Origin: an uncultured Methanotrichaceae archaeon
GTDB lineage: Archaea > Halobacteriota > Methanosarcinia > Methanotrichales > Methanotrichaceae
NCBI GenBank assembly: GCA_964506745.1
Contig: CAZDLZ010000004.1
Coordinates: forward strand, 20,541 to 84,540
Reading direction: 5' to 3'
Length of the DNA: 64,000 bases
Below, piece by piece: positions 19,569 through 28,687 of the stretch. The notes under the pieces were generated by a model. That model did not search any database and was not told where the DNA came from. It saw nothing but the letters and a program-made list of their open reading frames with translations. Numbering within the stretch: position 1 is the stretch's first letter; each line of letters starts with the position of its first letter. The translations under genes and the position numbers were made by a program.

Positions 19569-20456
19569 ATGGTCCTACCATACAGTGATGGAAAGCATTT
19601 TACTAAACTATATCATACACTATTATGTTATGTGAATGATAAACATAAAGTCTTGAAAAGCTTGCATCAACCTGACGATTTTTTTAAACTAAGCCCCGAG
19701 GATATTTTGCAGCTCAAAGACAAACTTTACGCGGCTCCAGATCAGATCGATTCATTTGTCAGAGATAATCCTGCAAATTTTGCCTCAGAAGAGCTGGAAA
19801 TTATTTCTTCCTGGAGGCATTTCATAAGAGGCAGATTCTACGTCGTCCGCTATTTGAAAAATTACGCAGTATTCCTAAATGAAGGCCATCCGGCGAAAGC
19901 ATATGGCGTGCAGGAACTGGCAGTTCCCTGGGAAGAGATGCTGGGCCTCAATCTGCCTAGAATAGTGGAAGCCACCCTTCTGCCCTTTAAAGATAAAATA
20001 ATTTTCGACGGCACATTTAGCAGCTATAATTTATTCTTTGGCTCAGGGATGAGGCGGAGCATCAACGACTCCTTTCGCCAGGCGAAAACGAGCTATGGAA
20101 TAATTACCTCGCTTCCATTCTCTTCCGAGAAGAGCAGTTCGACTGATTCTGATAAGCTGAGGGGATTTTTAAGATCACAAGACAGCAGGGATATTCATTG
20201 GGAAGAGATAGAAGAGCTGAAAAATAAGAGTCCTGAGCTAATGGCCGTTTTCAGCGAAGAGATGGGCCGAGTTTATGCAAGAGCCTATAGAAAGAAGCTG
20301 AAAGAAATTGGCGTAAAGGAGGGCTGGTTCGGCTTAATAGATGGAATAATCATTGCTGGTGGAAGGACTCATGACGATGTGGAGAAGGCTTTGAAGTCAC
20401 TAATTCCAATAGAGATGATGAAACTCGCGCACATTTTTCAATTAAAAGCAAAATGA
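19569..20456 (+). CDS. hypothetical protein (no family recognised)
   Basis: 295-aa ORF in a visibly AT-richer stretch, with its own TATA-like sequence (TTAAATAT, ~19541-19549). Confidence 0.6.
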   Translation: MVLPYSDGKHFTKLYHTLLCYVNDKHKVLKSLHQPDDFFKLSPEDILQLKDKLYAAPDQIDSFVRDNPANFASEELEIISSWRHFIRGRFYVVRYLKNYAVFLNEGHPAKAYGVQELAVPWEEMLGLNLPRIVEATLLPFKDKIIFDGTFSSYNLFFGSGMRRSINDSFRQAKTSYGIITSLPFSSEKSSSTDSDKLRGFLRSQDSRDIHWEEIEELKNKSPELMAVFSEEMGRVYARAYRKKLKEIGVKEGWFGLIDGIIIAGGRTHDDVEKALKSLIPIEMMKLAHIFQLKAK

Positions 20457-20483
20457 TGCGTTTTTTCTGTGGAGCTGATTAAT

Positions 20484-20957
20484 ATGCCAGAGAGCCAGGC
20501 TGCAAAAGAAAACGGAGAGATAATTGCTGCAAAGCCAAAAACGCGCCGCCGCCTCAAGGTGGCCCATCCCGAGCGCTGCATAGGCTGCCTGGGATGCATG
20601 TTCGCTTGCAGCCGGATTCGTACCGGTACGGTATCCCTGCAAAACAGCGCCATCAAGATCCAAACGCAGGGCGGCATTGAGGGCGATTTTCGCGTGGTCG
20701 TCTGCCGGGCCTGTCAGGACCCTCCCTGTGCCAAAGCATGCCCCACGGGCGCCATGGAAAAGAGGCCAAACGGCAGTGTAGTCTTTCACAAGGATCGCTG
20801 CATCGGTTGCGGCAGCTGCGAGAAGGCCTGCCTGGTGGGCGCAGTAACCCTGAATAAGGATAAAAAGCCCATTAAATGCATTCACTGCGGTGCCTGCGTG
20901 GACTTCTGTCCGCATGACGTGCTCAAACTGGAGGAGGTCCCCATCTCGGGAGGATGA
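20484..20957 (+). CDS. 4Fe-4S ferredoxin-domain protein (four Cys clusters, CooF-like)
   Basis: CIGCLGCMFAC, CRACQDPPCAKAC, CIGCGSCEKAC and CIHCGACVDFC. ATG 20484 lies 9 nt after GGAG; the track start, GTG 20469, is less likely. Confidence 0.85.
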   Translation: MPESQAAKENGEIIAAKPKTRRRLKVAHPERCIGCLGCMFACSRIRTGTVSLQNSAIKIQTQGGIEGDFRVVVCRACQDPPCAKACPTGAMEKRPNGSVVFHKDRCIGCGSCEKACLVGAVTLNKDKKPIKCIHCGACVDFCPHDVLKLEEVPISGG

Positions 20958-20958
20958 A

Positions 20959-22695
20959 ATGCTACGAAAAGTTCTCTACATCGATCTTTCAAAAGAAGAA
21001 TCATGGGTTGAAGAGAAGCAGGAACTCTTTGAGAATTGGATGGGCGGAACGGGCGTGGGAATTCGGCTCCTCCGGGAGGAGTGCCCCCCAGGCACCGATC
21101 CGCTCTCGCCCCAGGCGCCCATAATCCTGTCCATCGGACCGTTGAACGGCATCTTTCCCGTTGCCACCAAGACGGTAGCCACCTTCAAATCGCCCCTTAC
21201 CGGTGAATTTGGCGAATCATACGCAGGAGGTAGGCTCTCTTTAGCCTTGAGGTTTGCCGGGCATGAGGCCGTGGTCATCCGCGGCCAGGCAGAGCAGCCT
21301 TCTTACATCTCCATTAACGATTCAGAGGTTAAGATCAAAGACGCCACATCCATCTGGGGCATAGATGCTCAGACCACGGGCGTGATCCTGCGCGATCGCG
21401 AGAGCGGCGTAGGTCGCAGGTCCATCATTCGCATCGGCCCGGCGGGCGAGGCCAGGGTGAGATATGCGGGTGTGGTAGTGGACACCTACCGCCACTTCGG
21501 GCGGCTGGGTCTTGGCGCGATCTTCGGCTCCAAGAAACTCAAGGCCATGGTGATCTCGGGAACGGAGACGATCGATGTTCCGGATATCGAGCGTTACAAA
21601 GAGATCTACAATCGGCTCTACAAAACAGCGGTGCAAACGGATGTCATGGAGAAGTACCATGATATCGGAACTTCCGTAAACATCAGTACCTTGAATTGGC
21701 TCAAGGGTCTGCCTACCAAAAATTTTATTCTATCCAGCTTTCCGGAAGGCGAAAAGATCAGCGGGGAAGCCTTCGCAGACAATCATCTCTTTCGCAGGCT
21801 CTCATGCGCCGGCTGCCCTATCGGCTGTGTGCATATCGCTTCTCTGAAGACGGCCTTTTCCAAACATCATGAATTCGAGGTAAAAAAGGTCTCCTACGAT
21901 TACGAGCCCATCTATTCTCTAGGATCTAACCTCGGCGTCGGCTCAGCCGAGGGCGTCTTGCAACTGATCGACGTTTGCGAGAGATTGGGCCTGGATGTCA
22001 TGTCGGCGGGGGTGGTCCTCTCCTGGGCCACCGAGGCTCTGGAAAAGGGGCTCATCACCAGCAAGGATACAATGGAGGTGCCGCTGCAGTGGAACGGCGT
22101 GGAAGGCTACACAAGAGCTTTGGAGAACATAGCCCGGGCCCCCAATGAGTTCTACGCCGCCCTTGCTCGGGGCGTAGACTATGCTGCGAAAAAGTACGGC
22201 GGCGTGGAGTATGCCATGGCACTCGGAGGAAACGAGGTCTCCGGTTACCATACCGGTCCCGCCTCCATCGTGGGCCAACTGGTGGGCGTGCGCCACTCTC
22301 ATCTGGACAACGGAGGATATGCGATCGACCAGAAGGCGATCAAGAAGTCCATGGACGCAGAGACTATGGTCGATGAGATCATCAAAGAGGACGATTCCCG
22401 CGGCATATTTAACTCCCTGGTGGGCTGTTTGTTTGCTCGCGGAGTTTACACGGAGGAGAACATCATCGATTCTTTGGGGGCGGTGGGCATCTGGAAGACG
22501 AAGGAAGACTTGCAGGAGCTGGGCAAGAGAATCTTTGAGGAGAAGTACAAATTTAAGGCACAGGAGGGATTCGACTTCACCCGTGCTCGCATTCCCCGAA
22601 GGTTCTACGAGACCGTCTCTTCCGCGGGATTGGTAACCCCTGAGACGGTGGAAGAGATGCTCAGGCTTTATCGAAAGAAGAGAGGTTGGAGCTGA
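20959..22695 (+). CDS. aldehyde:ferredoxin oxidoreductase family (tungsto/molybdopterin) enzyme
   Basis: MLRKVLYIDLSKE start 1 nt after the ferredoxin stop, and a CAGCPIGC cluster motif. ~578 aa. Confidence 0.85.
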   Translation: MLRKVLYIDLSKEESWVEEKQELFENWMGGTGVGIRLLREECPPGTDPLSPQAPIILSIGPLNGIFPVATKTVATFKSPLTGEFGESYAGGRLSLALRFAGHEAVVIRGQAEQPSYISINDSEVKIKDATSIWGIDAQTTGVILRDRESGVGRRSIIRIGPAGEARVRYAGVVVDTYRHFGRLGLGAIFGSKKLKAMVISGTETIDVPDIERYKEIYNRLYKTAVQTDVMEKYHDIGTSVNISTLNWLKGLPTKNFILSSFPEGEKISGEAFADNHLFRRLSCAGCPIGCVHIASLKTAFSKHHEFEVKKVSYDYEPIYSLGSNLGVGSAEGVLQLIDVCERLGLDVMSAGVVLSWATEALEKGLITSKDTMEVPLQWNGVEGYTRALENIARAPNEFYAALARGVDYAAKKYGGVEYAMALGGNEVSGYHTGPASIVGQLVGVRHSHLDNGGYAIDQKAIKKSMDAETMVDEIIKEDDSRGIFNSLVGCLFARGVYTEENIIDSLGAVGIWKTKEDLQELGKRIFEEKYKFKAQEGFDFTRARIPRRFYETVSSAGLVTPETVEEMLRLYRKKRGWS

Positions 22696-22709
22696 AGGCC
22701 GGGCGCTCC

Positions 22710-23453
22710 CTACTTTACATCCTTTGCATCGAGCATGGTTTTCGTGTTTCCCCTCTTTTGTGAGGTATTCGAGGATTTCTTTGCACCCGTTGCTGCCCTC
22801 TTCGGCGTTATTTTTATTTCTTCTGGCCCATTTTCCGGCACATCTTTTCGAAACTCCCTGATCATGCCCTTTCTGGCCATCCTCTCCTTGATCATCCTCT
22901 TTACCTCATCGCCTCCCACGGAGAAGACTTCCCCGATCAGCTCCATGGCCACATCCAGCTCTCGGCCCACCAGAGGGTCACCGGATGCACACCGGCCGGC
23001 CAGATCACATAAATGGTCCAGCGGCTTTTCTACCAGCTCAGAAGAGTACCTGTCCGGCTCCTCCCTGTATATCTTGAGCATGCCGAAGATGTAAGGATAG
23101 ATGGGCGTTTCGGGACTGATCCGGTAGAATGTGTTTGTCTTTTTTTTGGCCTCATCGCGAGGCGAGGGCAGTATCCGCCGCTCCATGGTGACGATTCCCA
23201 GTCGCTCCAACTTGTCGAGCTTGTTCATGAGAGTGGTCTGGTTCCAGAATGGTCCGCCTCCGGTGGGTCCATTCTCCCGCCAGATCTGATTGAGCTGTAC
23301 GTACCCGCCTTTTCGCTTCAGGTAAATCAAGAGAGTGGCTAGGGGAGCTTGATCACGCTGCAACGCGGAATAACGGATGAACTCATCCAACATGCACGTA
23401 GTTAGGGCGAATATACTCCATATTCTTTTCGGCTTATTCGGGGTGCAGTCCAC
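22710..23453 (-). CDS. hypothetical protein with putative winged-helix DNA-binding N-terminal domain
   Basis: The segment LIYLKRKGGYVQLNQI...LMNKLDKLERLGIVTMERR resembles a wHTH, and the C-terminal tail is basic. An alternative start is ATG 23393. Confidence 0.5.
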   Translation of the reverse strand: MDCTPNKPKRIWSIFALTTCMLDEFIRYSALQRDQAPLATLLIYLKRKGGYVQLNQIWRENGPTGGGPFWNQTTLMNKLDKLERLGIVTMERRILPSPRDEAKKKTNTFYRISPETPIYPYIFGMLKIYREEPDRYSSELVEKPLDHLCDLAGRCASGDPLVGRELDVAMELIGEVFSVGGDEVKRMIKERMARKGMIREFRKDVPENGPEEIKITPKRAATGAKKSSNTSQKRGNTKTMLDAKDVK

Positions 23454-23589
23454 CGTTCTATCTCATGCATTGCCGTCACGCATGCGCAGTCTCTCTCTAA
23501 AAACGAGCTTCAAATATTAGCGGGGGACAGAGCCGAATGCATGTGACGCACAAAGCATTTTTAATCCACCTCGTCATTTCCATAAATCC

Positions 23590-24792
23590 ATGCAAGCGAT
23601 CATTCTCGCAGCGGGTGAGGGAAGCCGCATGCGCCCTCTCACCGCGAAGATGCCCAAGGTGATGCTGCCCGTGGCCGGCAAGCCTTTGCTGGAGCAAATA
23701 ATCTCGCGGGTTCACGGTGCAGGCGTGGATCGTTTCGTGCTGGTGGTAGGATATGGGGCAGAGAGCGTACGCTCATACTTCGGGGACGGCAGCCTTCTTG
23801 GTGTGAAGATAGAATACGTCCGACAGGCCGAGCAGATGGGCACCGGGCATGCCCTGATGTCAGCCGAGAGCCAAGCGGAGGATCGCTTCCTGGTAATTAA
23901 TGGAGATGTGCTGCCGGACGAAGCATCCCTGCGAGAGATGGTGCGCGGCAGTACCGCCGTCTCGGCCATCAAGGTTGAAGACCCTAGGAGGTACGGCGTC
24001 TTTCTGCTGGAGGGAAGCATCTTCAAATCTGTAGTCGAGAAGAGCGCCAACCCTCCCTCCAACCTGGCCAATGCCGGAATCTATCTTTTAGAGAAAAGCA
24101 TCTTCGAGGCGATGCGATCTGTGCCGCTATCCGAGCGGGGTGAGTACGAGCTGACGGACGGCCTGAACCGTCTCGCTCACCAGGAAGAGATCAGGGTGGT
24201 CCCACTCAAGAGCTGGCTGGAGATCGGCAGGCCCTGGGATATTCTGGCCGCCAATGAGGTTCTGCTCCCGGATATCGAGCCCTGTGTTTTAGGCGAGGTT
24301 GAGCCGGGCGCGGCTGTGTCGGGTAATGTGTCCATCGGTCGAGGAACAATCGTTCGCTCTGGAGCCTACATCGTGGGACCGGTCTTGATAGGAGAAGACT
24401 GTGACATCGGACCCAACTGCTACATCCGGCCCACGACCTGCATTGGCGATAAAGTCCGCATAGGAAACGCAGTAGAGGTTAAGAACAGCGCCATCATGAG
24501 CGGCAGCAAGATCGGCCACCTCTCTTATGTTGGAGACAGCGTCATCGGAGAGAACTGCAATTTCGGGGCAGGAACCATTTGCTCCAACCTGCGCCACGAT
24601 AGGGGCCACATAAAATCATTCATCAAAGGGGAGCGAGTGGATAGCGGCAGGCGTAAATTGGGTGTGATCATGGGGGACAATGTCATGACCGGGATCAATA
24701 CCTCTATCTATCCCGGCACTGTCATTGAGTCGGGATTTCGGGGGCTGCCTGCAGCTATTCACAAAGGCCTGGTATTTTCTAATCGAGATTGA
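23590..24792 (+). CDS. bifunctional sugar-1-phosphate nucleotidylyltransferase / acetyltransferase (archaeal GlmU-like)
   Basis: LAAGEGSRMRPLT signature plus C-terminal hexapeptide (left-handed beta-helix) repeats. Confidence 0.8.
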   Translation: MQAIILAAGEGSRMRPLTAKMPKVMLPVAGKPLLEQIISRVHGAGVDRFVLVVGYGAESVRSYFGDGSLLGVKIEYVRQAEQMGTGHALMSAESQAEDRFLVINGDVLPDEASLREMVRGSTAVSAIKVEDPRRYGVFLLEGSIFKSVVEKSANPPSNLANAGIYLLEKSIFEAMRSVPLSERGEYELTDGLNRLAHQEEIRVVPLKSWLEIGRPWDILAANEVLLPDIEPCVLGEVEPGAAVSGNVSIGRGTIVRSGAYIVGPVLIGEDCDIGPNCYIRPTTCIGDKVRIGNAVEVKNSAIMSGSKIGHLSYVGDSVIGENCNFGAGTICSNLRHDRGHIKSFIKGERVDSGRRKLGVIMGDNVMTGINTSIYPGTVIESGFRGLPAAIHKGLVFSNRD

Positions 24793-24867
24793 TTATAACA
24801 GACTTTTTCAAGGCAGAGCATAGAAATGGAAATATTGAAAAAAGCGGGAGCTTTGAGGAGAACCAGG

Positions 24868-25968
24868 ATGAGAGATTTTATTCCCATAGCCAAGCCCATA
24901 ATCGGCGACGAAGAGATAAATGCTATAGTAGATGTGCTGAAAAGCGGCATGCTCGCTCAGGGTGAGAGCGTCAAGCGATTTGAAGATGAATTCGCCGGCT
25001 ACCTGGGCGTGAAAAATGCCATAGCCGTAAACAACGGCACCGTCGCCCTGGATCTGGCCATCAAGGCCCTGGGGCTGAAGGTTGGAGACGAGGTCATAAC
25101 GCCGGCCTTCACCTTCATTGCTACTGCAAACTGTGCCCTTTATCAGGGCCTCTCCCCTGTCTTCGCAGATGTGGACGCGAGGACATTCAATATCGATCCC
25201 GAAGATCTGCAAAAGAGAATAACTCCTCGCACCAGGGCTGTGATCGGCGTTCACCTCTACGGCCAGCCCTTCGACCTGTCGGCTGTGTCGAGAATTTGCC
25301 GGGATGAAGGCATTCCTCTGATCGAGGACTGCGCTCAGGCCCATGGTGCGGAATATAAGGGCAAGAAGGTGGGCTCATTTGGCACTGGCTGCTTCTCCTT
25401 CTATCCCACCAAGAACATGACCACAGGTGAAGGCGGCATGATCACCACCAACGATGATGCTCTGGCCGACCGTCTGCGCCTGCTGAGGAGCCACGGGGAT
25501 ACGGGCAAGTACAATCACGCCATATTGGGCTACAACTACAGGATGATGAATCTGCAGGGGGCCCTTGGCCTGGTACAGCTTAGGCGGCTGGAGGAGTTCA
25601 CTGCCAGGAGGATTCACAATGCCGCGTTTTTAAACGACAACATCAAGGTCAAGGGCATCAGCACCCCTTATCAGGCGAAAGACGTCAGGCACGTTTATCA
25701 TCAGTATGTGGTGCGGGTGGAGGACAGTTTTGCCTCTTCCAGAGATCGTCTGATGGAGTACCTTCAGGCCAAGGGAATCGGTAGCGCCGTTCACTATCCC
25801 AAAGCGGTTTATGAGCAGCCCCTCTACAGGGGGCTGGGCTATACTAACGAGAGCTGTCCTGTATCCGAAGACGTCTCCCGCAAGGTGCTGAGCCTGCCCG
25901 TGCATCCTTCTCTCACCGGGGAGGACCTGGCGTACATCTGTGAGACCATAAATTCCTTCGAGGCCTGA
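24868..25968 (+). CDS. DegT/DnrJ/EryC1-family sugar aminotransferase (WbpE-like)
   Basis: IPIAKPIIGDEE start and the FSFYPTKNMTTGEGG PLP-lysine region. GAGGAG lies 7 nt upstream of ATG 24868. Confidence 0.85.
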   Translation: MRDFIPIAKPIIGDEEINAIVDVLKSGMLAQGESVKRFEDEFAGYLGVKNAIAVNNGTVALDLAIKALGLKVGDEVITPAFTFIATANCALYQGLSPVFADVDARTFNIDPEDLQKRITPRTRAVIGVHLYGQPFDLSAVSRICRDEGIPLIEDCAQAHGAEYKGKKVGSFGTGCFSFYPTKNMTTGEGGMITTNDDALADRLRLLRSHGDTGKYNHAILGYNYRMMNLQGALGLVQLRRLEEFTARRIHNAAFLNDNIKVKGISTPYQAKDVRHVYHQYVVRVEDSFASSRDRLMEYLQAKGIGSAVHYPKAVYEQPLYRGLGYTNESCPVSEDVSRKVLSLPVHPSLTGEDLAYICETINSFEA

Positions 25969-25971
25969 GCA

Positions 25972-26895
25972 ATGGATATTGGTGTCATCGGCGTAGGGGC
26001 CATGGGCCGAAATCATGTGCGTGTCTACTCGGAGATGAAGGGTGTAGGCACCGTTTATGTTTATGATCCTGCCACTGAAAACGCACAGCGTTCTGGGGAG
26101 TTGGCCACAATATGCGGATCATTGCCGGAGTTGCTGCACCAGGTGGATGCAGTTAGCATCTGCGTGCCGACCAGGTACCACTTCGAGACGGCCAAGAAAG
26201 TAATCGACGCCGGGATTAACTGCCTTATCGAAAAACCCATCACATTGACAGTTGAGGAAGGATTACAGCTTGCAAAAATCATTGAGGGCAAAGAGCTGGT
26301 GGTGGGTGTGGGCCACATAGAAAGGTTCAACCCCATAGTGGCAGAAATGACCAAGATCGCTTCGCGGCCTGATTATGTATCCATCAAGAGACATAATCCC
26401 ACCTCAAGCCGCATCACCGATGCTTCTGTGGTAGAGGACCTCATGATCCACGACATAGACATTGCCTTCAATGTGCTTTTCAAGGGCGAATGCGACTATA
26501 AGATATTCAGTGCCGGAAGCGCAAACGTCTGCGAGGCTCTGGCCGCTTTCCCCGGTTGTGTGGTTTCCATCTCTGCCAGCCGCTTATCCTCCAAGAAGTT
26601 TCGTACTTTTTATGTCGAGTCCGAGGACTTTACGGCGGAAGGCGACTTCATGACGCAGGAGGTTTATATCTATCGAAAGCCCGGCAAGTATGGCGTGGAA
26701 AATGAGCGATATATGCAGGAGAACATCATCGAAAAGGTCCTGGTAAACAAGGTCGAGCCCTTAAAGGTAGAGCTGAAGGCATTTTTAGACTGCGTCAAGA
26801 ACAAGAAGAGTTTTCCGGTCACGCCGGAAGAAGCCCTCAGGAACCTGCAAATTTGCGAGCAAATCAAGCAGGGATTACAGATCAAAAAGCCATAG
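25972..26895 (+). CDS. Gfo/Idh/MocA-family NAD-dependent sugar oxidoreductase (WbpB-like)
   Basis: GVIGVGAMGRNH Rossmann N-terminus; sits between the aminotransferase and the acetyltransferase. Confidence 0.75.
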   Translation: MDIGVIGVGAMGRNHVRVYSEMKGVGTVYVYDPATENAQRSGELATICGSLPELLHQVDAVSICVPTRYHFETAKKVIDAGINCLIEKPITLTVEEGLQLAKIIEGKELVVGVGHIERFNPIVAEMTKIASRPDYVSIKRHNPTSSRITDASVVEDLMIHDIDIAFNVLFKGECDYKIFSAGSANVCEALAAFPGCVVSISASRLSSKKFRTFYVESEDFTAEGDFMTQEVYIYRKPGKYGVENERYMQENIIEKVLVNKVEPLKVELKAFLDCVKNKKSFPVTPEEALRNLQICEQIKQGLQIKKP

Positions 26896-26896
26896 G

Positions 26897-27493
26897 ATGG
26901 GAAGAATGGCAGAAATGCAAGGAGAATGTAGCAGCTACTATGTCCATCCCACGGCCATAGTCGAGAGCCTGGCGATTGGTGAGGGCACAAAGATCTGGCA
27001 CTTCGCCCATGTGCGCCAGGGCTCTAAGATCGGCCATAACTGCAACATAGGAAAGAGCGTTTACATCGACATTGATGCCGAGATCGGCAGCAATGTGAAG
27101 ATCCAGAACTTCGTCTCGGTTTATAAGGGTGTGATCATCGAGGACGATGTCTTCGTAGGCCCTTCTGCCACCTTCACCAATGATTTGTATCCGCGGGCAT
27201 TTATCTGGAATGAAAGCCACGTTTGCGCAACGCGCGTCTGCCGGGGCGCGAGCATTGGGGCTAACGCTACGCTCGTCTGCGGCATAACCGTGGGCGAGTA
27301 TGCCATGATCGGCGCGGGAAGCGTGGTGGCGAAGGACGTGCCGCCTTTTGCTCTTGTGCTGGGCAATCCTGCTCATCAGATGGGTTATGTCTGCTATTGC
27401 GGCCAGCGGCTGATAGAGGATGCTGTGCAATGCGGCAATATGTCAATTTATAAATGCCCGGCATGCGGGAAGAGCGTGGAGATCTATGTCTGA
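26897..27493 (+). CDS. hexapeptide-repeat sugar N-acetyltransferase (WbpD-like)
   Basis: Left-handed beta-helix repeats (IGHNCNIG, IGSNVKIQ, IGANATL) and a C-terminal CxC...CxxC ribbon. Confidence 0.8.
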   Translation: MGRMAEMQGECSSYYVHPTAIVESLAIGEGTKIWHFAHVRQGSKIGHNCNIGKSVYIDIDAEIGSNVKIQNFVSVYKGVIIEDDVFVGPSATFTNDLYPRAFIWNESHVCATRVCRGASIGANATLVCGITVGEYAMIGAGSVVAKDVPPFALVLGNPAHQMGYVCYCGQRLIEDAVQCGNMSIYKCPACGKSVEIYV

Positions 27494-28676
27494 AGAATGT
27501 GCAAAGATTGCAGTTATCGGCCTTGGCAATGCCGGGCTGCCGTTAGCAGCGATTGTGGCGGACAGCGGCATTATGGTCATGGGCGTGGATATTAATGTTG
27601 AGCGCTGCCTGATGATAAATCGGGGGGAAAATCCCATACCAGAGGAGTGTGGCTTAGCAGAGCTTATCAAGCTGCACGGCGGCAAGCGGCTCGTCGCAAC
27701 GCCTCGATTCGAGGATGCAAGAGGTTGCCAAACTTTCATAGTGATTGTGCCCGTCTTTGTGGACGGCGGCAATAATCCCGACTTCTCTATTATGGAGAAG
27801 GCACTTCATTCTCTGGGCAAGATCCTGAAGAAGGGGGACCTGGTCGTTTTAGAGACGACCTTTCCGCCTGGCACAACCGAGGGCCTGGTGCAGAGCAGGC
27901 TATGTGAGTCGAGCGGTCTATTGCGAAGCGACTTTTTCCTGGCCTATTCTCCAGAGAGGATAATGACCGGCTATAGCCTCTCGCGACTCAGGGAATTTCC
28001 CAAAGTGATCGGCGGCAGGGACGAAGAGAGCGGCATAGTTGCCTACCAGATCTACAAAAAATTCATCAGCAACCTTCATCTGGTCACCTCTGCAAAAGCG
28101 GCTGAGATGATCAAGGTCATGGAGGGCTGCTACCGCGATGTAAATATCGCTTTAGCCAATGAACTCTTCAAGATTTGCCAGGATTTGGGTATCGACTTTT
28201 TCGAGGCCAGAGAGAAGGCCAACCACCAGTTCTGCCACATCCATCTGCCCTCCACGGGCGTAGGCGGCCACTGTATTCCCGTTTACCCCTGGTTTCTCAT
28301 AAAAGAGATGGAAAAAAGAGAACAATTCAGCAATTGCCGTTTGCTGCGTGTCTCGCGAGAGATAAACGACGAGATGATCTGCTACTGGGCGGAAAGAATA
28401 TTGCTGGAGTGCATGAAGATCAATAAGCCACTTTTCAGCATTAAGATCTGTATCAAAGGAATCACCTTTCGGGCGGGTGTAAAAGAGTTTTATCACAGCC
28501 GCAACCTGGGCCTGGTGAAGTTGCTGGCCGACAAAGGGCTGAATGTCTATGTCGCCGATCCTCTTCTCAACCGAGATGAAGTGATGAGTAAAGGCCTTAG
28601 ATATATAAAACCCGAAGAGTCCGATTTGATCTTCGACCCTTTTGAGCTGAAATTTGATGTCGCAGGAATAAATTGA
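27486..28676 (+). CDS. UDP-N-acetyl-hexosamine 6-dehydrogenase (WbpA/WecC-like nucleotide-sugar dehydrogenase)
   Basis: IAVIGLGNAGLPLA Rossmann fold and the GVGGHCIPV catalytic Cys. ATG 27486 overlaps the previous gene by 8 nt. Confidence 0.85.
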   Translation: MSEECAKIAVIGLGNAGLPLAAIVADSGIMVMGVDINVERCLMINRGENPIPEECGLAELIKLHGGKRLVATPRFEDARGCQTFIVIVPVFVDGGNNPDFSIMEKALHSLGKILKKGDLVVLETTFPPGTTEGLVQSRLCESSGLLRSDFFLAYSPERIMTGYSLSRLREFPKVIGGRDEESGIVAYQIYKKFISNLHLVTSAKAAEMIKVMEGCYRDVNIALANELFKICQDLGIDFFEAREKANHQFCHIHLPSTGVGGHCIPVYPWFLIKEMEKREQFSNCRLLRVSREINDEMICYWAERILLECMKINKPLFSIKICIKGITFRAGVKEFYHSRNLGLVKLLADKGLNVYVADPLLNRDEVMSKGLRYIKPEESDLIFDPFELKFDVAGIN

Positions 28677-28687
28677 GGAGAAGCTTC

